Assembly (NCBI GenBank): GCA_051382305.1
Contig: JBBCAV010000040.1
Span: 1-46,485 of the forward strand
DNA: 46,485 nucleotides
Origin: Bdellovibrionota bacterium FG-2
GTDB taxonomy: Bacteria; Bdellovibrionota; UBA1018
Direction of reading: 5' to 3'
Shown here: positions 8,523 to 17,324 of the stretch, one piece after another
Position numbering within the stretch: the first letter of the stretch is position 1
How the letters are laid out: every line of letters starts with the position of its first letter
The notes under the pieces: model-generated
Seen by the model: only the letters and a program-made list of their open reading frames with translations
What the model was told of the DNA's origin: nothing
Database searches by the model: none
Made by a program: the position numbers and the translations under genes

Positions 8523-9590
8523 ATGAGATCTCGAACCATTCTGACTTCTTGTGTGTCTGCTTGTTTTATTTTGACGCTTGGACTTGTTGGCTGCAATTCT
8601 GACTCGACAAACGATGCAGCGCCGCCCTCGCCGCCCGCTCAGACTGAAGCCACGACTCAACCCAGCGAAAGCAACACTCAACCCACATTGGAAATCCCGC
8701 AGAATCCAGAGATTGTTGTGGCCCCTTCTTTCATTGATCCCCCCATCCACAATGAGCCGATTCCTCCAGCTCCAGTTCCCACGCCCACCGTTGATCGCTC
8801 GTGGAGTTTTTCTCTGCAAAACCCTTGCACCGATACCCCCCTTGATCAATGTGTAGGGGCCTATAAATTCTCGATCTCTTCTTCAGGTGCCTACTCCATG
8901 GGCCCCACCCCGGAAGGGAAAACAAAAACGGGCAAAATTGGTGAGAATGAACTCAAACTGCTCCAGGCAGGTCTCGCCAAAACACTTGAGGAGATGGAAA
9001 AGCAAAATTCCACAACTGAGCGTTGCCTTTCTTTCGAGGATGCACGAATGGCGGAGCTTGATCCTACCCTTCCCAACGACACGCTGGCGCTAACCGCTTG
9101 CGGGAAAACCCTCACGGTTCTGCGCTCGCAACAAGAAGAAGTCTGTTTCAATACTCCTTCTCCGATTACTGCGGCACAACTCCATCAGTCTCTCCGAGCC
9201 TTGGCAGAACGATACTATGCGCTGCCGTTTCCGAACTTGTGCCAAGATTCAGTCGATGCGGCACAAGCGCTCTATCCGCAACTTGTAGGTTGCAGCACGG
9301 ATGCAGACTGCTCGTACATCAACAACGCCTTTGATCCGATTCCCTCTTACAACCTGCAATATGTCATCGTTGACAATTGCAGTCTCGTCACACCGCTTGC
9401 CGTTGGAAATGCACGATACGTCGCAGCGGCGCAATCAAAACTGCAACTGGCGCTGGATCAGGCACAAGCCGTATGTGGCGATAGTATCATTCGAAACTCT
9501 TGCCTAGGTCTAACGGGGTTTCAATCCTCTGAAGCTCCTCCAGTCTGCGACCAAGGCGTCTGCAAAATCAATCCTTCGATTCGCTACTAG
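8523..9590 (+). CDS. Cys-rich lipoprotein with Pro-rich linker
   Basis: SD AAGGAGG before ATG 8523; lipobox LVGC; paired cysteines. Confidence 0.8.
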   Translation: MRSRTILTSCVSACFILTLGLVGCNSDSTNDAAPPSPPAQTEATTQPSESNTQPTLEIPQNPEIVVAPSFIDPPIHNEPIPPAPVPTPTVDRSWSFSLQNPCTDTPLDQCVGAYKFSISSSGAYSMGPTPEGKTKTGKIGENELKLLQAGLAKTLEEMEKQNSTTERCLSFEDARMAELDPTLPNDTLALTACGKTLTVLRSQQEEVCFNTPSPITAAQLHQSLRALAERYYALPFPNLCQDSVDAAQALYPQLVGCSTDADCSYINNAFDPIPSYNLQYVIVDNCSLVTPLAVGNARYVAAAQSKLQLALDQAQAVCGDSIIRNSCLGLTGFQSSEAPPVCDQGVCKINPSIRY

Positions 9591-9601
9591 CCTTCCACTA
9601 T

Positions 9602-9633
9602 TATGCCGTGGCGGCAAAGGCCGCCACGGCATA
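9602..9633 (+). terminator. GC-rich stem-loop (terminator or mRNA-stabilising hairpin)
   Basis: TATGCCGTGGCGGC-AAAG-GCCGCCACGGCATA, perfect 14-bp stem just after the stop codon. Confidence 0.7.
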
Positions 9634-9666
9634 TGGCTTTCAACATTTTTGTAAGGAGCAGGTTGT

Positions 9667-10368
9667 ATGCTGAATTCTTCGACAGTTCATGCCAAGGTCA
9701 AAGTCCCAAGTTTGGGCCTTTTTTTGCTTTTTTCGCTCGCGACCTGCTCCCATGAGTCAGCGCCATCAAACGGCTCTGCACCCCAGCCCCCTACAACAAC
9801 ACCGCCCACACGCAGTATAGAACCCGGCACGACGCCCAGCGCGACACCCTCTCTCAGCGTCCCGACAGAAGTCCCACCGCTGAGTCCAGAGGCTCCTCTC
9901 CCGTCGCCCAGTCCAACGCCATCACCCAGCCCTTCACCATCTCCCTCAGCGTTGCCTTCTCCAGTTATTGAACTCGTCTATTCAAAAGGATGGAAACAGA
10001 TCATCATGATGGCAAATTATGCAAAGACGACGGTCGACTCTTTAGGTCACTTCGCGACTTCTCGTACTGCCTGCGGCCTAGAAGAATATGGAGCCCTCGA
10101 ACTCACCTTCTGGAACGAATTTGCCACAAAGATGAATCTTCTCGCCACGGCTGAGTGGGGCACCACGGAGCAGTGCTACGAGCCTCCTCATACAGCTCGA
10201 GCAAGCATGGACGGAACGGTAGAGGTTCAATTTTCAAATGAACTCAAAATGGTTTTTGAAACAAAAGGTTATGAAGCCTGCTCGTTTCTTAAAGACAACA
10301 CCCTAGCAAAAGACCTTCTGCTGTTGTTTAACCAAATTGTGCTTATTTCGGACAAAGAGGGCTGCTGA
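9667..10368 (+). CDS. Hypothetical lipoprotein with Pro/Ser/Thr-rich linker
   Basis: Signal peptide with LATC; (PS)n repeats. Confidence 0.75.
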   Translation: MLNSSTVHAKVKVPSLGLFLLFSLATCSHESAPSNGSAPQPPTTTPPTRSIEPGTTPSATPSLSVPTEVPPLSPEAPLPSPSPTPSPSPSPSPSALPSPVIELVYSKGWKQIIMMANYAKTTVDSLGHFATSRTACGLEEYGALELTFWNEFATKMNLLATAEWGTTEQCYEPPHTARASMDGTVEVQFSNELKMVFETKGYEACSFLKDNTLAKDLLLLFNQIVLISDKEGC

Positions 10369-11077
10369 CAAACTCCTCGAGGACCTGAAGCATCTGATGC
10401 CGTACATTCTCAGAGAGTGCAGTGACGTCCGCCGCCCCCAATCCTGAAGTCGAAATGGGCGCAAGCACGCGCATCCTAATGGTCCCAGAATGAAAAGCTT
10501 TTTTCAATCGCCAATCTACGATGTGCTCAAACGATTCAGCAACAATCGGAACAATGGGAACCCCTGCTTCTATGGCAAGGTGAAAGGCGCCCTTCTTGAA
10601 GGGTAACAGCGGCATGTCTCGCGTGCGACGTCTCGTACCTTCCGGGAAAATCCAAATGTGATTTCCGCTTTCCTTGAGCTTCCTCAGGGCGACATCCATT
10701 CCCGCCAAGGCTTTAGTGCGACGAGCGCGGTGAATAAAAACGTTTCCCCCAATCCAGAGCGCCCACCCCAAAAAAGGGACCCACCGAAGTTCTCGTTTAG
10801 CAATGACGAGCGTCCGCCGTGGAACGATCCGTCCAAAAACCCCTAAATCAAGCGCACTCTGGTGATTAGCGACCAACACACAGGGGGACTGGGGCAGCCC
10901 CTCAATATTCTCAATTTGAATGCGAATACGCAAAAGCCCCATCATCCCGCGCCAGATCCATTTTGACACGTGGTAATTAAGATCCGAGCCCCAGAAAAAC
11001 AATCGCATCAAACAGCCCAAAAAACAGGCGAATGCGACCCAAGTACCGATGAGAATGATTTGGAGATAAACCCTCAC
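10343..11077 (-). CDS. plsC: 1-acyl-sn-glycerol-3-phosphate acyltransferase
   Basis: NHQSALD, IAKREL..P..G, FIHR, IFPEGTR, FKKGAF motifs. Start taken as GTG 11077 to avoid overlap. Confidence 0.9.
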   Translation of the reverse strand: MRVYLQIILIGTWVAFACFLGCLMRLFFWGSDLNYHVSKWIWRGMMGLLRIRIQIENIEGLPQSPCVLVANHQSALDLGVFGRIVPRRTLVIAKRELRWVPFLGWALWIGGNVFIHRARRTKALAGMDVALRKLKESGNHIWIFPEGTRRRTRDMPLLPFKKGAFHLAIEAGVPIVPIVAESFEHIVDWRLKKAFHSGTIRMRVLAPISTSGLGAADVTALSENVRHQMLQVLEEFVSSPLCPK

Positions 11078-11090
11078 CTCATGAGTGCTA

Positions 11091-12233
11091 TCACGTTCCG
11101 CGCTGAAGCGCCATGAGCTCGTCGACACGCGTGGGATCGACATATGGATTGCGACTCTTTCGAACGGGCTTCGCATCGGGGACGAGCGTTACAAAATCAG
11201 GATGATCATCTTCGGAGGCGCCAGTCCACTTCCCGCCCGTCACACCAAAACTTCCATCCAAGCCGAATTCGCCGTAAAGATCGTAAGTATATTGAAAATT
11301 AACGCCCAAAGTTCCTACAAAATTGAGCTCCCGAACGAAGGGACTCACGCCCCCAATCCAAGCCGTTACGTGCATGACATGCGAGTCTGCCGAGTCAGCG
11401 ACAACCAAAAGTTGAGCTTTCCAAACGGGGGTATTCCAGACGGGGATTCCAGGATCCTTATCGATAATTATGGGCTTATGTTTTTCAATAATTTCGCTCT
11501 TTAATGCCTGATGAAATAATTGCGGAGCCATATCCTCGAACACGCTGGAGCGATCCCCATCAAACCTTTGCCCCAAATAGGTCAGCCCCTCAACCCTCGC
11601 GTAACTCTTAATCAAGAGAGCTTTTAGGTCACCTACATTAAACTGCACGTTCCGATACGAAACTGCCGAAACCGGCTCAGGCTCAAGCACCGAGGCCAAT
11701 GCCCAAGCATTGCACAAGCCCTCCCAACCCACGGCATTGGGGTCATAAATGTTTTCCCTCTCAAATTTTGCCGATGCCGATAGAGAAGACGGAAGGGGCG
11801 ATGGCCCTGCCGATACCTGAGAGAGCGTCACATAACGATCCCATTTCTCAAGCGGAGAGTTTCCAGGTTTTGCGTCCTCAAACAAGACACGCTCCCGAAT
11901 AGGATACCACCAGGCAGACCAAGGGCGCACGCTGGCCTGTCCGTCAAAACTTCCTTCCCGAACGCTTAAAAGGTGTGAACTTGAAACCACACCCGTATTC
12001 GGGGGTACGACAGCGGGAGGCAGCTCAGCTGTGACAGGAGTTTCAAGTGCTGGCACCGTGGCAACTGGATCAGCCGGAACCTCCTCGGAGCTCCCCATCG
12101 CCTCCGCAGGCTGAACCTCTTGCCCGAGATCTGCCTGAGGCAAAACAGCGGGGTCCAGCCTACTTTGTACTGTTTCCGCATCTCCACAACCCATGACATA
12201 CAAAAGACCTAAAACCAAAGAAATTTTTCTCAT
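11091..12233 (-). CDS. Lipoprotein with transglutaminase-elicitor-like (papain-fold) domain
   Basis: Lipobox VMGC; PWSAWWYP, SPLEKWD, WEGLCNAWA, VWNTPV, YTYDL, G.W...S.DDHPDF resemble the Phytophthora GP42/TGase-elicitor family. Confidence 0.75.
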   Translation of the reverse strand: MRKISLVLGLLYVMGCGDAETVQSRLDPAVLPQADLGQEVQPAEAMGSSEEVPADPVATVPALETPVTAELPPAVVPPNTGVVSSSHLLSVREGSFDGQASVRPWSAWWYPIRERVLFEDAKPGNSPLEKWDRYVTLSQVSAGPSPLPSSLSASAKFERENIYDPNAVGWEGLCNAWALASVLEPEPVSAVSYRNVQFNVGDLKALLIKSYARVEGLTYLGQRFDGDRSSVFEDMAPQLFHQALKSEIIEKHKPIIIDKDPGIPVWNTPVWKAQLLVVADSADSHVMHVTAWIGGVSPFVRELNFVGTLGVNFQYTYDLYGEFGLDGSFGVTGGKWTGASEDDHPDFVTLVPDAKPVRKSRNPYVDPTRVDELMALQRGT

Positions 12234-12250
12234 AACACCCTCTCATGCTC

Positions 12251-12292
12251 GTACCGCGGCAACCCAACCCTCGTTGGAAATTGCCGCGGTAC
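12251..12292. terminator. Intergenic stem-loop
   Basis: GTACCGCGGCAA ... TTGCCGCGGTAC, 12-bp perfect inverted repeat. Confidence 0.55.
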
Positions 12293-12332
12293 ATACGCTT
12301 GTCTCAGTTACCGAAAACCAACTAATGACGAG

Positions 12333-12944
12333 TTACTTGCCGTCGCCTTTACCGTCCCCCTTGTCGCGATGATCTGTCGCATCTGCTGGGCAAGTGTCGA
12401 CGAGACGCCCCGTGTCCTTGACCTCAAGGAGTTTAGGATTTGCGACTTTTGCCGCATCCAAACCCGCCACGCAGAAACTCGCAAGATCGCCTTTCCATCC
12501 CAGGATCTCGGCGCAACCTAGGTGTCGCTCAAGGGCTAATACTTTTTCGACTTCCTTAAAGCGCAGACAGCTCCCTGACTTAATATAAACGGGAAGCTCA
12601 TGTTCATCTTGATTCACATGGAATTTATCCGAATACACCGAAGTCTGAACAATCCGTCCGCCCGCGAGAGCGATTTCCCCAGGCGATGCCGCCACAAACT
12701 CCCGACTGACATCCGTGCAGAGAATCCGAATGTTTTGAGGGGCCCGTTGAACGTCAAATTCCTCCGGATGCTCACATCGTGCCTTAAGCTCGTCAAAAGC
12801 AATGGCTCGAGTCTCTCCCAATGGATCTTTCCCCTCCCCCTTGCCATCTATTTTTCCGCCCAGGTCACCGCCTTTAGGATCGCCTGCCCAAGCGCCAATA
12901 CTCAGAACCAGTAATACCGAAAAACCAATCGCGAATTTCATCAT
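12333..12944 (-). CDS. Secreted Cys-containing hypothetical protein
   Basis: SD GGAGG; signal peptide ending AWA; G/D/K-rich termini. Confidence 0.8.
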   Translation of the reverse strand: MMKFAIGFSVLLVLSIGAWAGDPKGGDLGGKIDGKGEGKDPLGETRAIAFDELKARCEHPEEFDVQRAPQNIRILCTDVSREFVAASPGEIALAGGRIVQTSVYSDKFHVNQDEHELPVYIKSGSCLRFKEVEKVLALERHLGCAEILGWKGDLASFCVAGLDAAKVANPKLLEVKDTGRLVDTCPADATDHRDKGDGKGDGK

Positions 12945-12995
12945 TAATCCCTCCTTATTGGAGATTGTGTTAAACCAACCGCGCGCGGCAGGAAG

Positions 12996-13011
12996 TGCAA
13001 CGAAGGTGCCA
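12996..13011 (-). promoter_or_regulatory. sigma54 promoter
   Basis: Minus strand TGGCAC-CTTCG-TTGCA, consensus -24/-12. Confidence 0.75.
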
Positions 13012-13162
13012 GAGGAGATTTAGCGAAAACACCAGGTTTTTTCGGCGCCAACTGCCCTAAATAAAATATTTCAAGACGCAACAACTCTGGCGGCTACTAA
13101 GGCCCTTCAAAAAGCGATGATCCACACAGTGCAGATTAAGCGAAAATTTTAAAATGAAAAAC

Positions 13163-14560
13163 TTATTCGAGGCCGTAGCGACGGCGTTTTCGCCAAAGGG
13201 TACTAAGATTAATTCCTAAGATCCCGGCGGCCTCTTCCAGAGTCGAGGCCGTTTGCAGAACTTGTACAATATGCTTCTTCTCAAGATCCTCAAGACTGCC
13301 TTCGCCCGAAGCGGGTGCCGCACCCTCTGCCCCCAGGCTAGAATTCGCGCCCTCTGTACTTAAAGGACCGCCATTCACGCTATTAGGACGCATTTCCAGG
13401 ACGCGATCGGGAAGGTCCTCGAGAGTCACTTCCTCGCCAGAACACAAAATGGCAGCGCGTTCAAGTGCGTTCTTAAGTTCGCGAATATTGCCAGGCCAAG
13501 GATATCTCTGAATCGCAGTCTTTACAGCCTCATTCATTTTACGCGGTGTACGTCCGGTGCTCGCCAGCGATCGAACCAACAATTGTTCGGCAAGCGTGAG
13601 AATATCTTCAGGACGTTGCCGCAGCGATGGCATATGAAGATCAATGACATTGAGTCTGAAATAAAGATCTTCACGAAACCGCGCTTCTCGCACTTCACGA
13701 TCAAGATCCTTGTTCGTGGCTGCAATAATTCGAACATTCACTCGAATCGTTTTCGTATCTCCGACACGCTCAAACTCCCGATCCTGTAAAAACCGCAAGA
13801 GTTTGGTTTGAAGATTCGGCGAAATCTCGCCGATTTCATCCAAGAAAACCGTCCCCGTATCCGCGACCTGCAGACGCCCCATTTTGTCTTTAACCGCCCC
13901 GGTGAACGACCCTCGGACGTGGCCAAACAGTTCGCTCTCCAGAAGGTTCTCAGAAAGCGTCGCACAATTAACAACCGCGAACGGGCCTTTTGCCCGAATG
14001 CTGCCGTCATGTATCAGTTTCGCCAGGAGCGATTTTCCGGTGCCGCTTTCGCCCGTCACCAAAATCGTAGAGTCAGTTGTCGAAACCTTCTTTGCGGTCT
14101 CAAGCAGTTTTTGCATTCTCGGGTTGCGAGTCTGAATTGAAGTAGGCTCTGCTAACACTTCAATCTGATCGCGCAATTTTGAATTTTCATCCTTAAGGCG
14201 GCGAAACTCATCGACCCGAGTAATCAGATGTTCAAGTTGCTCGGGCGTAAAGGGCTTCAACAAATAGTCATAAGCGCCCGCCCGCATCGCAGAAACGGCC
14301 GTATCAATCGATCCAAAGGCCGTCATAATTACCGTAGAAACTGAGGGAAAATACTCTCGCGCTTTTCCCAAAAGATCCAAGCCACTCATCCCATCCATGC
14401 GAAGATCCGTGAGCAAAACCTCGGGAAGGTTTTTCCGCATGCAGGCTAAAGCCATCTCCCCACTATCAGCAACCTCAACGAAGTGCCCAGCGTTCCTCAA
14501 AACCACTTCAATCGTACTACAAATGTTTCGCTCATCATCAACAACTAGAACTTTCGCCAC
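13163..14560 (-). CDS. sigma54-dependent response regulator (NtrC/AlgB-like; REC-AAA+-HTH)
   Basis: REC (VVDDE, TDLRM), GESGTGKS, ESELFGH.RGSFTGA, FLDEIGE, PWPGNIRELKN, C-terminal Fis-type HTH. Confidence 0.95.
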   Translation of the reverse strand: MAKVLVVDDERNICSTIEVVLRNAGHFVEVADSGEMALACMRKNLPEVLLTDLRMDGMSGLDLLGKAREYFPSVSTVIMTAFGSIDTAVSAMRAGAYDYLLKPFTPEQLEHLITRVDEFRRLKDENSKLRDQIEVLAEPTSIQTRNPRMQKLLETAKKVSTTDSTILVTGESGTGKSLLAKLIHDGSIRAKGPFAVVNCATLSENLLESELFGHVRGSFTGAVKDKMGRLQVADTGTVFLDEIGEISPNLQTKLLRFLQDREFERVGDTKTIRVNVRIIAATNKDLDREVREARFREDLYFRLNVIDLHMPSLRQRPEDILTLAEQLLVRSLASTGRTPRKMNEAVKTAIQRYPWPGNIRELKNALERAAILCSGEEVTLEDLPDRVLEMRPNSVNGGPLSTEGANSSLGAEGAAPASGEGSLEDLEKKHIVQVLQTASTLEEAAGILGINLSTLWRKRRRYGLE

Positions 14561-14600
14561 ACCCGCCTCCTTTAGTAAACCGAGGCCTTTTTAGCCTAAA

Positions 14601-16289
14601 TTAGCTTGATTTGCACTCCATGTTCTCAACCGCTTGAAAATTTATTAATCCGACCCTTGGGATGGCGAAACAAAACTCTGCGCCCTTGCCCGGCTCACTG
14701 CGAACCCAAATGCGCCCGCCATGCGCCTCCACCAATTCGCGAGCCGTCGCTAATCCGGCTCCCACACCGCCGGAGCGCCCTACACGCATGTCATAATGCG
14801 GTTTGAATTTCTCAAAGAGATGCAATTGCCGTTTGAATTCAACACCAGGCCCCGAATCCTTAACCCGTACTTCGACACGCCCTTCGCTATAAACAACCAT
14901 GGTTGTGACCACGCCCCCCCGCGGGGTATGCCGAATGGCATTCGTCATGATGTTGCAAAAGGCCCATGAAACGCGGGTGGGATCCAACTTCATTATGCCA
15001 GAGCACGCTGGCGTTTCCCCGACAACCTCAAGCGCCATCTGCACCCCACGCTCGTGCGCCATATCGCGAAACGAGTCGGTTGCGTAGCGCACCAACTTAC
15101 CGATATCGACTTCGCGAAGCTCAAGCTGGCTCGAAAGCTCATTGAGCGTCGTCACCGAAAGCAAATTATCCAAAAGGGCTCTCAGCCGATCAACTTCTCG
15201 CACACTTGTGGTAATAAGACTCCTAAGCGTTTGATCCTCGAATTCATCGATACGGCGCGCCAGTAAGCGCGTCGCCATGGTCAGCGTAGTGACCGGCGTC
15301 TTTGCTTCATGAGAAAGCATCGCTAGAAAATGACCTCTGGCCTCTTGATACTCGTGAACCAGCGTGACATCCTGCGCAAGCACTACCGTGTCCGCCTGAT
15401 CGCGCGTGGCCCAACGTTGTAGATCGGCGTCACTTAAAAGCCCCTTCCACAACCCATCGCCCAAAGGCGCCTCAACAGGAACCGCTCGCAACTCGTAATA
15501 GACGCGAGCGGAGTCATCTTCAATCTTCAACAGCACTCTATGATTACCCTGGAGTACGGCGGATACCTTATTCCACCCCTCACGGCTTTCAACTTGCGTT
15601 TGCAACTCGTCAAAGGGGCTACCCACACCCTCACGTCCGGGCCTCAGATCGAGAATTTGTCGGGCGATATCGTTCATATAAATCAGCCGTTTTTCCTTGA
15701 ACAAAAACACCCCGTGCGCCACGGAGCTTGCGATTACGTCCGCGCGACTTTTCTCTGAGATCAGTCGTTTCACATTGATCGCCTGAAAAACCCGAAGTCT
15801 TAGCAAGAATTTGTTTATACTTGAAATCACGGATTGAATTTCGGGGGCCTCACTTTTTGAAACAAAAGGAATCCTCTCAGGCAGGGGCGCCTCACAATTG
15901 ATCCCATCCAGAAAATGAGCAATATGCGAGATCGATCGCGTCAAGAGGGTGATGATCTTTGTATAAGCCAATAAAATTATGGCAAGAAACAATGCCAAGT
16001 GCAGAAATGCACTCTTTTGTTGCGTTTCATACAGTTTCAAGAAATTTTGATCTGACTCGCGAATTGCTCGAAGTGCCTTCCGAACTCCCTCACCCGATTC
16101 AGCAGGATAGCTTTGCTCGATGATGCTGTACTCGCGCTCCGACATCTGTGAATGAATGAGCGCCGATTCTTTCTGCCTGGCTATAATGAAAAATGAAAAC
16201 GAATACGCCAAAGAACTAAAAAGCGCAAAAACGATAAATAGCCTTGCCCGAACAGATAGTCTTCCTGCCTTCTTTCGAAACCACTCCAT
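14601..16289 (-). CDS. Membrane sensor histidine kinase (KinB-like; TM-HAMP-PAS-HisKA-HATPase)
   Basis: Two TM helices, LSHEAKTP H-box, NAIRHT N-box, DSGPG, GAGL, GGRIW. Start taken as ATG 16289. Confidence 0.9.
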   Translation of the reverse strand: MEWFRKKAGRLSVRARLFIVFALFSSLAYSFSFFIIARQKESALIHSQMSEREYSIIEQSYPAESGEGVRKALRAIRESDQNFLKLYETQQKSAFLHLALFLAIILLAYTKIITLLTRSISHIAHFLDGINCEAPLPERIPFVSKSEAPEIQSVISSINKFLLRLRVFQAINVKRLISEKSRADVIASSVAHGVFLFKEKRLIYMNDIARQILDLRPGREGVGSPFDELQTQVESREGWNKVSAVLQGNHRVLLKIEDDSARVYYELRAVPVEAPLGDGLWKGLLSDADLQRWATRDQADTVVLAQDVTLVHEYQEARGHFLAMLSHEAKTPVTTLTMATRLLARRIDEFEDQTLRSLITTSVREVDRLRALLDNLLSVTTLNELSSQLELREVDIGKLVRYATDSFRDMAHERGVQMALEVVGETPACSGIMKLDPTRVSWAFCNIMTNAIRHTPRGGVVTTMVVYSEGRVEVRVKDSGPGVEFKRQLHLFEKFKPHYDMRVGRSGGVGAGLATARELVEAHGGRIWVRSEPGKGAEFCFAIPRVGLINFQAVENMECKSS

Positions 16290-16316
16290 GAAAACAGCCC
16301 CCCGCGGAACAGGTAG

Positions 16317-16434
16317 GCAAAAGCCATACCGAAAGGCAATATCCTTACATTTCAGTAATTTAGTTTCATTCCAAAGAGTGGAAGGCCCATTGATCTGCGA
16401 AAGTCGTGCACGTCTAAACATGCAAAATGCACGA
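16317..16434 (-). promoter_or_regulatory. Putative sigma54 promoter (16317-16331) with upstream enhancer-like inverted repeat (16404-16434)
   Basis: Minus strand CGGTATGGCTTTTGC (GG-N10-GC); TCGTGCA...TGCACGA dyad enclosing ATGCAAAATGCA about 75-100 bp upstream. Confidence 0.5.
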
Positions 16435-16435
16435 T

Positions 16436-16885
16436 CTAACTTGCCATCGCGCGCGGAAGCCGAATGCCTTTGCGCTCCTCCATCGCCTGGCAGGTTGCAC
16501 AGAAACGTGCTTCCGGAACGACCCGAAGCCTTCGCTCCGGAATCTCCTCTTGGCAGTCTTCACAGACCCCAAAGGTGCTGGACGCCATTTTCGTTAATGC
16601 CCGCTCTATCATAAGAAGTTCCCGACGCTCCTGATCCGCCAGCGAACTTTGCCTTCCCAGAAGTTCAAGGCTCTGTGCAATATCAATCATCTCAGTCTGC
16701 GCCTCACTTGCCTCACGCGTGGCTTCAATCTCGCGTGCTTCAAGATCTCCTAATTTTCGCCAACGTATCACAAGTTGTCGTCGCAATTCTGCCAATGTAA
16801 TCCCGTCCATAGTTGTGGCCTCCAATGCCTGCCTGTACCGTGAAATCCTATCGGGGGAGGTTGCGAATTTCGTTCCACTACTCAA
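16436..16885 (-). CDS. DksA/TraR-family C4 zinc-finger protein
   Basis: Coiled coil with EMIDIA tip; IERAL.K....FGVCEDC..I...RL..VPEARFCATCQ. Confidence 0.9.
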   Translation of the reverse strand: MSSGTKFATSPDRISRYRQALEATTMDGITLAELRRQLVIRWRKLGDLEAREIEATREASEAQTEMIDIAQSLELLGRQSSLADQERRELLMIERALTKMASSTFGVCEDCQEEIPERRLRVVPEARFCATCQAMEERKGIRLPRAMAS

Positions 16886-17324
16886 TAAATCGATCGCCGG
16901 GCTGCACTTGCTGACCCTCGTGCACCAAGACGCGCGTCACGAGGCCAGAAAATGGGGAACGAATAGAAAATTCCATTTTCATCGCCTCAACCAAAACCAA
17001 ACAATCGCCCTTCGCTACGCGCTCACCCTCAACGACCAAAAGTTTGCGAACTTTGCCTGGAAACTGCGCCACCAAATCATCTGGAAGTTCCGGAGCCGAC
17101 AAGCTTCCAGCAGAATATAACGAAGTAAGCCCCCCTTGGATCACACGGCCCTTCAGATGAACCTTGAGTGATCCACATCCCTCGGATCCCATAAAGCGAA
17201 ACCTCTTGGACCCATCAGGAGAAACAGCAACCCTCCAGCCTCCAGGCCTCTGCACAATCTTCCAACCCTCGTGCGCAAACGGCAATTCAAGGCGATGAGA
17301 ACCTAGCTGCAAAACCTTCTTCAT
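16878..17324 (-). CDS. Biotin carboxyl carrier protein (separate subunit)
   Basis: FPGKV...EAMKME biotinylation motif; ATGA overlap with the upstream biotin carboxylase. Confidence 0.88.
   Translation of the reverse strand: MKKVLQLGSHRLELPFAHEGWKIVQRPGGWRVAVSPDGSKRFRFMGSEGCGSLKVHLKGRVIQGGLTSLYSAGSLSAPELPDDLVAQFPGKVRKLLVVEGERVAKGDCLVLVEAMKMEFSIRSPFSGLVTRVLVHEGQQVQPGDRFIE

Noticed and set aside
9890-9960. Short tandem-like repeats encoding (PS)n
   Set aside because: Degenerate codons of a protein linker; not a DNA repeat array or CRISPR.
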